Assembly: GCA_963713865.1 (NCBI GenBank)
Contig: OY970208.1
Location: 1,184,001 to 1,248,000, forward strand
Source: an uncultured candidate division Zixibacteria bacterium
GTDB lineage: Bacteria > Zixibacteria > MSB-5A5 > RBG-16-43-9
Direction: 5' to 3'
DNA: 64,000 nucleotides
In this document: piece by piece, positions 1 to 10,399 of the stretch
Numbering within the stretch: position 1 is the first letter of the stretch
Layout of the letters: every line of letters begins with the position of its first letter
Program-made: the position numbers and the translations under genes
The notes under the pieces: model-generated
The model's database searches: none
What the model was told of the DNA's origin: nothing
What the model saw: only the letters and a program-made list of their open reading frames with translations

Positions 1-358
1 TTAATCCGTCCTCCAGAGCAAGTTTATAGATCTTCAGTTTTTTCAAGAACTCCAGGATAAATCGGCTGGCAACATAATTTTCGAAATCGAATCTCAGACG
101 GGCTTGATTTAAAAACAGATAACCTTCCTGGGTGCTTAAGTTAAGCTCACCCTCCTTTTCAATTAACTCCCTGACTAAATCCATCAGGGGATGGATCTGT
201 TTCTGGAAAGCGGCATTATTCGGTTCGTATATAAGGGAGGTCTTAAGGGTAGAATAGAATAGATTTATAAACACCTTCCCTTTTTCTAAAAGATGTAAAG
301 ACGCCTCTTTCTTCTCTTTTCTTTCCTGAGCATTAACCGGTTCAACTAACTTATTCAA
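1..358 (-). CDS. Partial CDS running off the window edge; N-terminus resembles that of HD-GYP-type proteins often paired with HEAT-repeat genes
   Basis: Hand translation: GGGAG RBS, TTG start at 358, open frame MNKLVEPVNAQERKEKKEASLHLLEKGKVFINLFYSTLKTSLIYEPNNAAFQKQ...; HD domain itself is not in the window. Confidence 0.6.
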   Translation of the reverse strand, partial: MNKLVEPVNAQERKEKKEASLHLLEKGKVFINLFYSTLKTSLIYEPNNAAFQKQIHPLMDLVRELIEKEGELNLSTQEGYLFLNQARLRFDFENYVASRFILEFLKKLKIYKLALEDGL

Positions 359-372
359 ATTTCATACTCCCG

Positions 373-2121
373 TTATTTGCCGAGATCTTTTCGGCTCCTC
401 TCCGAGGTGGAGACTTTTTCCCACAAAGCTTTAGCTTGTTTCTGGATTTTCTTTTTACTTTTTAAACCAAACTCTTTTAGACTCTCCTGGCTTAAGGAAG
501 TCCCGATTGAGGCTAAAGATTTTAAAGCCAGAGAAGAAGTCTCCGTTTGTTTTTCTCTTTTGAACCAGACTTTTTTCAGGATCAGCTTCTTGAGCAAGGG
601 GATAGCCTCATCTTTACCTATCTTGGCCCAGGTTTCCAAAAGGGTCTCTTTCTCCACACGATTTTTATCTCTGAAATCTTTTCTCAAAAATAGAGCTGAG
701 ACGTAATCCAGAGCCTCCTGGGTAGGTAACCTCTGGCTTAATACTTTCGCTGCTTTGAGCCTGAGCCTTTCATCCGGATCCGCTAAGACATTCAAAAGAA
801 TGGAAGTTCCCTCTTTTCCCTCGATGTGAGAGAGAGCTTCTAAGGTCTCTTTCCTTACTCTTATATCCTCATGGGCAATGGTTTTCTTCAGATAGGGGAG
901 GGCAAGGGGGGAGCTGATTCTTCCGAAGATACCTACGATATTTCTGACCACATACCATCTGCGGTCATAAATCCCTTTGCTTAAAAGATTGATATTCTTT
1001 TCCCCTACATTCTCCAGAATCGAGCAGACCATCTTCCGGCTGGCAAAATTTTCCAGTTCACCTAACATATCTACAAAATCAGGGATACTGTTCCAGCTTA
1101 AAAGGCTAAGATATTTTTTAACTGAGAAAAGGTCTAAACTTATTTTCTGATTCAAAATCTGGGTCAGGATTCTCATCCTCTCTTTATCTCCAGCCCGGTC
1201 AGCTGCTTCTTTAATCCTTATGGTTCTATTTGACTGACCTGTATCAGCTTCAGTTTTCTCTAAGTTTTTCAGAAGAAGCAATAACTCTGAGGCTAAATAG
1301 AAGTCCCCTTGACCGATCAGGGAGTCCAAAAGTTTTTCAAAAAGCTTAACTGTCTCTGAAAACTCGTGGTATTCCTTTTCGCTGAAAAGGATTTCCTCTA
1401 AAACGGCGAAGCTCTCTTTTAAGGGTTCGAAGCTTTCGTCTTTCTCTAAAAGGGTTTTTAGCTCTTCTAATTCCTTCTCCGGAACAAGGTCTAAATCCCG
1501 GAGAAACCTATCGACTTCAATTTTATGGGGTAGCTCTTTCAAATTTTCAGTTTTTCCTTCTAAATTTACCTCAGAATAATAAAGCTTCTTTAAGTCTTTT
1601 TCCCCTACCGGTTGAGGTAAATCGACAAGTTCCTCGCTTAAGAATTCATCCACCACTAAAAATTTTATATGCGCTAATTCTTTTTCCCAGAAAAGGGTAA
1701 CCAGATCGTCCTCTGGCAGAGTAGATTTCAGACCACGGCTTATTATCTCCAGAAAAGCAAAAAGCTCTTCCTGGTCCATTCCTTTCTGGAAAGCGATCTC
1801 CCTGATCCCATCCCGGTAAAAGGCAAAGGAGATCCCTTCATCTTTTTTCTCCTCTTTTACGACAACTTTATCTTTATATAATAGTTGAGATTGAGCCACC
1901 CTGAATTTAAGCTCCTCGTTTTCCTGCAGGTAAGCTGAGAGTTTTTTGAACAGGTTATTCTTGAACTCTTTAGGTATAGGATTATCCGCTGGATAGATGC
2001 AGAAGATCTTGAGAGTCTTGATCAAAAGGTTGGTTATCTCCTGAACCCCTTTGGGGAGCTCAACTGAGAAGTTCTGGAACTCTTCTGATTCCGCTTTAAC
2101 AATTCTTGATTCTTCAAGCAT
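373..2121 (-). CDS. HEAT-repeat (PBS lyase-like) domain protein
   Basis: 582 aa; C-terminal repeats DRRWYVVRNIVGIFG, HEDIRVRKETLEAL, DPDERLRLKAAKVL. Confidence 0.8.
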   Translation of the reverse strand: MLEESRIVKAESEEFQNFSVELPKGVQEITNLLIKTLKIFCIYPADNPIPKEFKNNLFKKLSAYLQENEELKFRVAQSQLLYKDKVVVKEEKKDEGISFAFYRDGIREIAFQKGMDQEELFAFLEIISRGLKSTLPEDDLVTLFWEKELAHIKFLVVDEFLSEELVDLPQPVGEKDLKKLYYSEVNLEGKTENLKELPHKIEVDRFLRDLDLVPEKELEELKTLLEKDESFEPLKESFAVLEEILFSEKEYHEFSETVKLFEKLLDSLIGQGDFYLASELLLLLKNLEKTEADTGQSNRTIRIKEAADRAGDKERMRILTQILNQKISLDLFSVKKYLSLLSWNSIPDFVDMLGELENFASRKMVCSILENVGEKNINLLSKGIYDRRWYVVRNIVGIFGRISSPLALPYLKKTIAHEDIRVRKETLEALSHIEGKEGTSILLNVLADPDERLRLKAAKVLSQRLPTQEALDYVSALFLRKDFRDKNRVEKETLLETWAKIGKDEAIPLLKKLILKKVWFKREKQTETSSLALKSLASIGTSLSQESLKEFGLKSKKKIQKQAKALWEKVSTSERSRKDLGK

Positions 2122-2226
2122 AATTACTCACGCGGCGAATCCTTTAAAGGGATTTCTACCTTTCTTATTAATTATCGTCAGATTTGAGAAGCTATTTAGA
2201 GAAGAAAGGAAGGTATAAGAGTGAAA

Positions 2227-2254
2227 GTAGGGGTTCAAAATTTTGAACCCCTAC
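2227..2254. repeat. GTAG-headed REP-like perfect palindrome
   Basis: GTAGGGGTTCAAAATTTTGAACCCCTAC; degenerate copy at 14762-14789. Confidence 0.8.
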
Positions 2255-2306
2255 TCGTGATTGCCATCCGCCTGCGACGGACTGAACCTGGTTAGTCAAG
2301 ATTCTT

Positions 2307-2332
2307 CCGTCAGGTTGGGGGGGACCTGACGG
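2307..2332. repeat. REP-like palindrome, GTCRGGTC-loop-GACCYGAC family
   Basis: Related copies at 11237-11261, 28368-28391, 39822-39845, 56553-56574, 62503-62526. Confidence 0.75.
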
Positions 2333-2457
2333 TCACGTGAAACCATCAGAGCTGTTATACTGAGCCCGTAGGGTGAGGTATCTAAAACCAAAAAGAATAG
2401 ATTCTTCCTCCCGTAGGGGGTGACAAAAAATGGTTTTCTACTTTTTAGATTGTATTT

Positions 2458-2802
2458 TCAGATATGATTCAGCATCTCATCTGCTATCTGGTTAGCCTTT
2501 TCCCAGTCTTCTTCTGAAACCCAAAGGCTAACCTCTACAAGTGAAGTAGTTGAATAGCTCCCTAACATTATCCCGATATCCTCACCTTTGATTATGGCGG
2601 AAATTCCTGAATTCTGAAGCGATTCTTTAAGCATTTCTGCATAGAGTCTACTGGGCAGGTTTCGCAGGAGTTTATATTTTATTTCCCCTGGCGTTTCTTC
2701 TGGGGACTCCTCCGGAAGTTCTTCAACTAAAGGCAGGTCGCAGTCACTGCATTTTTCTATACCGGGATTATATTCTGTTTTGCATTTGGGACAGTAGGGC
2801 AT
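2458..2802 (-). CDS. Zinc-ribbon plus DUF2007-like (putative signal-transducing) protein
   Basis: MPYCPKC...CSDC N-terminus followed by AEMLKESLQNSGI...VSEEDWEKA pattern. Confidence 0.7.
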   Translation of the reverse strand: MPYCPKCKTEYNPGIEKCSDCDLPLVEELPEESPEETPGEIKYKLLRNLPSRLYAEMLKESLQNSGISAIIKGEDIGIMLGSYSTTSLVEVSLWVSEEDWEKANQIADEMLNHI

Positions 2803-3027
2803 AAAGCTCCTTTTTTATTTTTTGGAGTGTCCCGCCTTTGGCGGGGTTAATGCATAATATTTAATCGTAGCGGAGGTCTTCAGACCTCCAATTTTCTCAT
2901 AGTGTGACCCTTTTATGGTCGCAAGAAGCGAGGCTGAAGCTTCGCATTAGAACTCATACCCACCTTGCGCGCAAGGTGGGTTTACCGATTGAGGCAGGAG
3001 TTCAATTCCTGCCCCAGCTAAGAGGGT

Positions 3028-3960
3028 TTACCGATTCGGAAGGCTGAAATCTTCCGCTACAGCTTTTCTCACAAATCCACCTGCTTTTCTTAATCTTTTT
3101 TCTGCTTCAATTTTTTCAACTTTAGCAAGTATCATTACCAGAGCGGTTTTTACTTTACCTCCTGAAAGACGGAGATATTTTTCAGCCTGTTTATAATTGA
3201 CTCCAGTAACCTCCATAATAATACGCTTTGATCTTTCGGATAGTTTCTGACTTTTTACCTGCAGGTCAACCATCAGATTCTGATAAACTTTGCCCATTTT
3301 TATCATAGAGCAGGTGGTGAGCATATTCAAAATCAGCTTCTGGGCAGTTCCGGCTTTCATCCGGGTAGAGCCGGTTATAACCTCAGGACCTAAGACCGGG
3401 GAGATTGTTACATCTGGCTTAACTTTGAGCTTTTTCCCAGGGTTACAGAAAACAAATATAGTTTTTGCTCTTACTTTTTTAGCATATTTCAAAGCACCCA
3501 GGACATAAGGGGTTCTTCTGGATGCGGCTATTCCCACTACTACATCTTGTTTTTTTAATCCCACTTTTTTTAAATCTGTAGCTCCGGCTTTGAGATTATC
3601 CTCTACTCCTTCTCTTGACCTTATCAAACATTTATATCCACCCGCGATGATTCCCTTTATCATTCTCGGGTCAGTTCCAAAAGTCGGAGGACATTCTGCC
3701 GCATCCAATACTCCTATTCTCCCGCTGGTCCCGGCTCCGATGTAAAAAAGTCTGCCACCTTTTTTAAAAGATTTTACAATAAGCTCAACACCTCTGACTA
3801 TCTGGGGAATGACTTTTTCAATAGATTTAGGGACTGTTTTATCCTCAGCATTAATCAGTCTCAAAATCTGTAGGGTGGATTTCGAGTCAATGTCAAAAGT
3901 AGCAGGATTTCTTGCTTCGGTAATTAAATTTTTGATCTCGTTAAAGACTTTTCTGGACAA
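3028..3960 (-). CDS. murQ: N-acetylmuramic acid 6-phosphate etherase
   Basis: TEARNP, GAGTSGRIGVLDAAECPPTFG, GPEVITGSTRMKAGTAQK motifs. Confidence 0.95.
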   Translation of the reverse strand: MSRKVFNEIKNLITEARNPATFDIDSKSTLQILRLINAEDKTVPKSIEKVIPQIVRGVELIVKSFKKGGRLFYIGAGTSGRIGVLDAAECPPTFGTDPRMIKGIIAGGYKCLIRSREGVEDNLKAGATDLKKVGLKKQDVVVGIAASRRTPYVLGALKYAKKVRAKTIFVFCNPGKKLKVKPDVTISPVLGPEVITGSTRMKAGTAQKLILNMLTTCSMIKMGKVYQNLMVDLQVKSQKLSERSKRIIMEVTGVNYKQAEKYLRLSGGKVKTALVMILAKVEKIEAEKRLRKAGGFVRKAVAEDFSLPNR

Positions 3961-3979
3961 AAAATATTGCTCCAGTTAC

Positions 3980-4726
3980 TTAAAAAGTAGTTACATATAT
4001 GATGGCTTTTCGAGCAATAACTCCAGCACCAATTGTTCCTTTTGCTCCGGATATATTATTAGCCGGCAGACCCGTAGGGAGATCAAATGGTGTATCAGGA
4101 TAACTTACAAAACTTTTGTTGTAGGCTACGATATAGATCAAGTAATAACCATATACTGGATTCCCCATTCCTGTTGTATAAAAAGCCTGTTGGGGGATGC
4201 TTATGGGTGAGCCATCAACCGTGGCACTGTACAATAGAGCTCCAGAAATAGTATCACCCTTGGCAACACCAATTATATATCCATCAGCATTATTTGAGGT
4301 TGTCCAGCTTACTTGAATAGGAAGGTCCTGTATCCTAAAAGTATCTTTGTTTGGAGAAGTTTGAGCACTAAAAGTATCCGGCATAGTAAAACCGAAAGTT
4401 ATAGTTACAGTATCCTGTGAACTTATGATGGAATCAGTATAGGCGGTTTTCACATGGAAAGTAGTATCCGCAAAAAGAGAATCATATAAACCGGAACCGC
4501 TATTGAGTATGGTTTTATTTCCTACTTTGACAGTTGCACTATTGTAAAGAGTGTCATTTCTCGAAATGGTGAAATAGACAATATCTTTTGAGAAATTCAT
4601 ATCCTTAACCACTGCTCCATAGATAGTGAAAGTCGGTTTTTTAGAGCTTGGTCCAGTGGGTTTCTTTCCGCAGGAGTAACCAAATAATAAAACTGCAGTC
4701 ATCAAAAATAAAATTATCTTTCTCAT
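3980..4726 (-). CDS. Hypothetical lipoprotein, Thr/Ser-rich and beta-rich
   Basis: Signal peptide ending LLFGYSC; start overlaps the upstream aminotransferase stop. Confidence 0.7.
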   Translation of the reverse strand: MRKIILFLMTAVLLFGYSCGKKPTGPSSKKPTFTIYGAVVKDMNFSKDIVYFTISRNDTLYNSATVKVGNKTILNSGSGLYDSLFADTTFHVKTAYTDSIISSQDTVTITFGFTMPDTFSAQTSPNKDTFRIQDLPIQVSWTTSNNADGYIIGVAKGDTISGALLYSATVDGSPISIPQQAFYTTGMGNPVYGYYLIYIVAYNKSFVSYPDTPFDLPTGLPANNISGAKGTIGAGVIARKAIIYVTTF

Positions 4727-5952
4727 CTTAACCCCTCCAATCCGCCTACGGCGGATTTAAAGTTTTTCATCCTCTCTAAAGCTTCTTTTATCTTATCCTC
4801 AGGTACGGTCAAAGAGAATCTTAAATACCCTTCACCTTCAGAACCCAAGCCAGAGCCGGGTGTGGTTAATACCCCGGCCTTTTTTAAAAGCTCTAAACTA
4901 ATCCTCTTTGAACTTTTTTTACCGGGTATTTTAGCCCAGACAAAAATTCCTCCTCTGGGTAATTCAACTTCCCAGCCTAAGGATTTCAAAGCCGGAACTA
5001 AAATATCTCTCCTATTCTTATATGTTCGACATAATTCTTTCGTAACTTGAGGAGGAAGTGAAAGTGCAGTTATGGCAGCTTTTTGAATCACGTGAAATAC
5101 CCCTGAATCCAGATTTGCTTTCAAATTCCGTAAAACCCGGATAAGTTTTCTGTTCCCCACTACAAATCCCAGTCTCCAGCCAGTCATAGAGTAAGTCTTG
5201 GAAAAAGAATGAAACTCCAAAGTATGTTCTTTTGCACCGGGAATCTCTAAAAGGCTAAAAGATTTCTCCCTATCAAAAGTTATCTCCGAATAAGCCATAT
5301 CGTTGCATAAAATTATTTTATTCTTTCTGGCAAAGCTTGTTGCTTTTTCCAGGAATTTTTCTGGAGCTAAAGCCCCGGTGGGATTATTAGGATAATTCAG
5401 GTATAAAAGTTTTGTTTTAGCTAAGACTTTCTTATTGATTTTATCTAAATCCGGAAGCCAGTTGTTTTTCTTTAAAAGAGGGGTTTCATAGATTTTCCCT
5501 CCTGAAATAATGACTCCTCTTTTATAGGCAGGATAAGCTGGGTTAGGAACAATAGCATAATCCTGGGGATTCAAAAAAGCCAAAGGCAGATGAGTCAATC
5601 CCTCTTTTGAGCCTATTAAAATTAAAACCTCTTCTTCCGGATCAAGTTTGACTTTGAATCTGCGGTAAAACCAATCAGCGATTGCTTTCTTTAGCTCGAC
5701 TATCCCTTCATAAACCGGATGACGGTGATTTTCCGGGTTGTCTGCTTCTTTTTTTAGAGTCTCGATAACCTCTTTAGGCGGAGGCAGGTCCGGATTACCA
5801 GCAGATAAGTCGATTACTTCAATTCCAGAGTTTATGGCTTTTCTTTTCGCCTCAGCCATCTCGGAGAAGACATATTTGCCTAAGGAGGATAAGTTTTTCA
5901 TTCGGTCTGAGATTTTCTCTTGGAGATTAGTTTTCTTTTTCATTTTGTTCAA
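4723..5952 (-). CDS. PLP-dependent class I aminotransferase (LL-diaminopimelate aminotransferase/AlaC-like)
   Basis: GSKEG, YLNYPNNPTG, DMAYSE, SFSKTYSMTGWRLG. Confidence 0.85.
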   Translation of the reverse strand: MNKMKKKTNLQEKISDRMKNLSSLGKYVFSEMAEAKRKAINSGIEVIDLSAGNPDLPPPKEVIETLKKEADNPENHRHPVYEGIVELKKAIADWFYRRFKVKLDPEEEVLILIGSKEGLTHLPLAFLNPQDYAIVPNPAYPAYKRGVIISGGKIYETPLLKKNNWLPDLDKINKKVLAKTKLLYLNYPNNPTGALAPEKFLEKATSFARKNKIILCNDMAYSEITFDREKSFSLLEIPGAKEHTLEFHSFSKTYSMTGWRLGFVVGNRKLIRVLRNLKANLDSGVFHVIQKAAITALSLPPQVTKELCRTYKNRRDILVPALKSLGWEVELPRGGIFVWAKIPGKKSSKRISLELLKKAGVLTTPGSGLGSEGEGYLRFSLTVPEDKIKEALERMKNFKSAVGGLEGLR

Positions 5953-6228
5953 AGTTAATCACTCTTAATTTCATAATGTAATATGAACTCTATTCAAAGC
6001 AAGCCTTTTTTGAAGTTTAAAAATGCGATTGAAAGAGGATGTTTTCCCCCTTTCATTATAGGGAAGGGTCAGGGTGAGGTCAAAATAAATAAAAAAGGAC
6101 AGGATAATGTTCTATCCCTGCAAGAACTGTAACATACGATGTTTCTGTCCGAGAAGTGGATCTGTAGGATCAGACGTTAAAAGTGAAAAATATAAGGGAC
6201 AGGACGCTATCCTGTCCCTACAGAAAAT

Positions 6229-8994
6229 CTACTCCGTTACCTCTTTACTTATCTTTCCCAGAGTCGCTTGCGCAGCAGCTAAGCGGGCAATCGGGACTCT
6301 GAAGGGTGAACAACTTACATAGTCTAAGCCTAATCTGTGGCATATCATAATCGAATCCGGGTCTCCACCGTGTTCTCCGCAGATACCGATCTTCAAATCT
6401 GGCCTTTTTCCTCTTCCCTTTTTCACTCCCAGCTCCATCAACTGCCCCACACCATTGGCATCAATAGATACAAACGGGTCTTTGGGAATAATTTTATGCT
6501 CGACATAATATTTGATAAATTTACCTGAATCATCCCTGGAAAATCCATATACGGTCTGGGTTAAATCATTGGTGCCGAAGGAGAAGAACTCCGCCTCTGA
6601 GGCGATCTCATCTGCGGTTAAGCAGGCTCGGGGTATTTCGATCATTGTGCCGACTAAATATTTTAGTTTAACCTTATATTTCTTCATAGTCTCTTCAGCT
6701 ACTCTTACCACAACCTCCCTCTGATTTCTAAATTCATTTATATGACCCACTAAAGGAATCATCACCTCTGGCACAACCATCTTTCCTGCCCTGGCTAACT
6801 CGCAGGCAGCTTCAAAAATAGCTCTGGCTTGCATCTCAGTTATCTCAGGAAATACAATGCCCAATCTGCAACCCCGGTGTCCTAACATGGGGTTGAACTC
6901 ATGCAGCTCCTCTATCCGGGCTAAAAGCTTTTCCTTTTCTTTAATTTTTTCCTCATCTTCACCTTTAACTTTCATCACTGCTATCTCCACCATCAGCTCC
7001 TCGCGGTTAGGAAGGAACTCGTGCAGAGGAGGGTCTAAGGTGCGAATGGTTACTGGATGGCCTTTCATGGTTTCAAACAGTCCTTTGAAATCGCTCTTCT
7101 GAAAAGGTAAAAGCTTATCTAAGGCTATCTCTCTTTCCTCTTTAGTCTTGGCTAAAATCATCTCCTGTACAATGGGAAGTCTATCCTTGGCAAAGAACAT
7201 ATGCTCGGTCCGGCAGAGTCCTATCCCTTCGGCCCCGAATTTCATAGCCTGAGCCGCATCCCTGGGAATATCTGCATTTGTCCTGACCTTGAGTCTCCTC
7301 ACCTCATCTGCCCATTTCATAAATTCACCGAACTCACCGGTTAACTCTGGCTCGATAGTAGGAACCTCACCCAAGATCACCTCACCCGTCGAACCGTTTA
7401 AAGAGATGATATCCCTTTCCCTTATAACCAACCCGCCAACGCTGAAAACTTTCCTCTGTTCATTGACTTTGATCTCCTCACATCCAGCCACACAGCATTT
7501 TCCCATACCCCTGGCAACCACTGCTGCATGAGAGGTCATTCCACCTCTGGCAGTTAAAATCCCTTGAGCTACTGCCATTCCGTGAATATCATCCGGATTG
7601 GTTTCCTGGCGTACCAGTATTACTTTTTCACCACTCTGGGTTAATTTAACTGCATCCTCTGCTGAAAAGACTACCTTACCAGTAGCCGCACCCGGTGAGG
7701 CGGCTAATCCCTTGGCAATGACATTTGTCTGTGCTTTGGGATCGATCCTTTTATGCAGAAGCTGGTCTAATTGGGCTGGCTCTATTCTCATTAATGCTTC
7801 TTCTCTGGTGATCAGTTTCTCCTTCACCATATCTACAGCTATTTTAACTGCGGCTGGAGCAGTTCTTTTTCCAGTACGGGTCTGAAGCATATAGAGTTTA
7901 TTTTCCTGCACGGTGAACTCGAAGTCCTGAATATCCCGGAAATGTTTTTCCAATTTGGTAGTTATCTCTTTCAATTCTTTAAAAACCCTGGGCATCTCCT
8001 TTTCCAATTCCTCTATCGGCTTGGGTGTTCTAATCCCGGCTACTACATCCTCACCCTGAGCATTTATTAGATATTCACCGTAAAACCTTTTTTCTCCCGT
8101 AGAAGGGTTTCGGGTAAATCCTACGCCAGTACAGGAATTCTCACCCATATTCCCGAAGACCATAGTCTGAATATTAACTGCAGTCCCTAAATCTCCCGGG
8201 ATATTATTTAACCGGCGATAAGTAATAGCCCTGGGATTATTCCAGGATTTGAAAACTGCCTCAATTGACATCTCTAACTGCTTGTAAGAATCCTGCGGAA
8301 ACTCCTCTCCGGTTTTATGTCTTATCTTGTTTTTATATTTCTGAATGATCTCCTTTAAGTCCTCCACACTCAATGAGGTATCCAGCTTGATATTCTTGTC
8401 CTCTTTTTTCTTCTGGATTATCTCTTCGAACTCAGATTTATCCAGGCTCATTACCACGTTTCCGAACATCTGGATAAACCGGCGATAGGAATCATAGGCA
8501 AACCTTTCGTTCCTGGTCTTCTTGATTAATCCCTGGACGGTTTTATCATTCAAGCCCAGGTTCAGAATAGTATCCATCATACCGGGCATAGAGAATTTTG
8601 CACCGGAGCGGACTGAAAGGAGGAGGGGATGTGTGATGTCTCCGAATTTCGTTCCATATATTTTCTCCAATCTCAACATATTCATTTTAAGCTCTTTAAG
8701 AAGCTCTCTGGGAAGTCTCATATCGTTTTTGTAGAATATGTTACATACTTTGGTAGTGATGGTGAAACCAGGTGGAACTGGAGTACCGATGTTGGTCATC
8801 TCAGCCAGACCTGAGCCTTTGCCTCCTAAGAGGTCTTTTAACTCTCTACCTCCATCCGCTTTTCCTCCACCAAAAAAGTATATATATTTATCAGCTTTAT
8901 GGGAAAGAGGGGCTGGCTTAGCTACCTTCATACTTTTACCTGCCTTCTTAGTGGGCTTTTCCTTCTTTGTTACTTTTTTCACTTTCTTTGGCAT
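6229..8994 (-). CDS. ppdK: Pyruvate, phosphate dikinase
   Basis: LLGGKG, SVRSGA..SMPGMMDT, GGMTSHAAVVARG (phospho-His), GICGEHGG. Confidence 0.97.
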   Translation of the reverse strand: MPKKVKKVTKKEKPTKKAGKSMKVAKPAPLSHKADKYIYFFGGGKADGGRELKDLLGGKGSGLAEMTNIGTPVPPGFTITTKVCNIFYKNDMRLPRELLKELKMNMLRLEKIYGTKFGDITHPLLLSVRSGAKFSMPGMMDTILNLGLNDKTVQGLIKKTRNERFAYDSYRRFIQMFGNVVMSLDKSEFEEIIQKKKEDKNIKLDTSLSVEDLKEIIQKYKNKIRHKTGEEFPQDSYKQLEMSIEAVFKSWNNPRAITYRRLNNIPGDLGTAVNIQTMVFGNMGENSCTGVGFTRNPSTGEKRFYGEYLINAQGEDVVAGIRTPKPIEELEKEMPRVFKELKEITTKLEKHFRDIQDFEFTVQENKLYMLQTRTGKRTAPAAVKIAVDMVKEKLITREEALMRIEPAQLDQLLHKRIDPKAQTNVIAKGLAASPGAATGKVVFSAEDAVKLTQSGEKVILVRQETNPDDIHGMAVAQGILTARGGMTSHAAVVARGMGKCCVAGCEEIKVNEQRKVFSVGGLVIRERDIISLNGSTGEVILGEVPTIEPELTGEFGEFMKWADEVRRLKVRTNADIPRDAAQAMKFGAEGIGLCRTEHMFFAKDRLPIVQEMILAKTKEEREIALDKLLPFQKSDFKGLFETMKGHPVTIRTLDPPLHEFLPNREELMVEIAVMKVKGEDEEKIKEKEKLLARIEELHEFNPMLGHRGCRLGIVFPEITEMQARAIFEAACELARAGKMVVPEVMIPLVGHINEFRNQREVVVRVAEETMKKYKVKLKYLVGTMIEIPRACLTADEIASEAEFFSFGTNDLTQTVYGFSRDDSGKFIKYYVEHKIIPKDPFVSIDANGVGQLMELGVKKGRGKRPDLKIGICGEHGGDPDSIMICHRLGLDYVSCSPFRVPIARLAAAQATLGKISKEVTE

Positions 8995-9266
8995 TTTTTA
9001 CCTCCAAATAATTGTTTAACCAGACCAACTAATTCAAAAGATTACATTAATACGGAAAATCTTATAAAAATCAAGTAAATTCTGAAAGAATTTGAAAAAT
9101 GGGGAGGAATAAATAGCGATTATTTAGACAAAAATAGTCTAACCTATTGGGTGTCAACGACTTGATTTAGAGTAATTATGGGGTGCGTCATATGGATGCT
9201 GCATCCGTAGGATACACTCCAAAGGTAAAAAGGCATTAACATGGTTAATGCACTCCAAAAAATATT

Positions 9267-9770
9267 TTACTCTGCTTTCTGGATGGTTCGGATTATCTCG
9301 TATTCGGAGTTTGCATTAAGGAGTTCTTCCCTGAATGAATCTGAGTGGAGAAGCTCTGCTAAGGCTTTGAATACCTTTAAGTAAAGGACATCGTCATAGG
9401 GTGGAGCGGCGGAGATGAAAAAAAGGTGAACTGGCTCTTTATCTAAAGAATCAAATTCATACCCTTCTTTTGAGCGTGCAAAACCAATAACAAAATCCCG
9501 TACCTGCATAGTCCTCACGTGAGGTATGGCAATCCCTTTGCCTATGGCAGTGGAGGCTTTTTTCTCCCGGTTTAGAAGATCCAAGAAGAGCTTATGTTTA
9601 TTGCAGACCTTGCCAGATTTATCTAAAAGCTCAACTAAATCCTCTAAAATAGCTTCTTTTATGATCCAGAGCTTTTTTTGCTGAGAGATTTCCTTTTCCG
9701 GATCGAACTCGACTTTCGTATCCAGCTCTAATTTGATAAGCTCTGGTTTAAAAAATCGGGACAGGTTCAA
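9267..9770 (-). CDS. PTS IIA (fructose/nitrogen-type) domain protein
   Basis: REKKASTAIGKGIAIPH motif; FDSLDKEPVHLFF. Confidence 0.85.
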   Translation of the reverse strand: MNLSRFFKPELIKLELDTKVEFDPEKEISQQKKLWIIKEAILEDLVELLDKSGKVCNKHKLFLDLLNREKKASTAIGKGIAIPHVRTMQVRDFVIGFARSKEGYEFDSLDKEPVHLFFISAAPPYDDVLYLKVFKALAELLHSDSFREELLNANSEYEIIRTIQKAE

Positions 9771-10399
9771 TTCAAAATCTCCTTTTATCCACTCTTATCG
9801 GAAAACCAAAGAAAAACTTTTCAAAAATTACTTGAATTCATAATCCAGAATATAATTTTATTCTTTCCAGAGGTAAGATAATAAGTAATTTATATTATCT
9901 CAACTTATTAATTATATTTTCGAGCCAGGGAGTAATTTTTATTTTATCTATAATGAATTGTGGGAGAAGGATAGAAATTTAAAGTCTAAAGATAGAGTCT
10001 TCCTTTCTAGGACAGTAAAAAGGTTTAGTCTATAAATTTAATTTGGAGTGTATTGACCATGTCAATGCTCCCCTCTCACTACCCGCGAAACGGGTCTGTA
10101 GAACGGGAGAGGGTCAGGGTAGGGTCATCGTAGAGAGCAGACAAGATGTCTGATATACCGACACTTTGTAAAAACAGGTTCTTTGGAGTACATCCTACAG
10201 ATGTAGCATCATTACGGATGATGCACTCTATAAGTTACTATCCTGAAAGGGTCGCACTACATTTCCCCCCTCCCTGTCCGAGAAGCGGAGACTACATCTG
10301 GCGTCCTACGGACGGGCTGGCTCGTAGCCACCGTAGGATAGGAGAGGGACAGGGTGAGGTAAGAGAAACGAACAGACAAGATGTCTGTTCCACCAATTG

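Noticed and set aside
2991-3015. tRNA fragment (GGAGTTCAATTCC resembles a T-arm)
   Set aside because: It is a simple palindrome GGCAGGAG-TTCAA-TTCCTGCC with no D-arm or anticodon arm.
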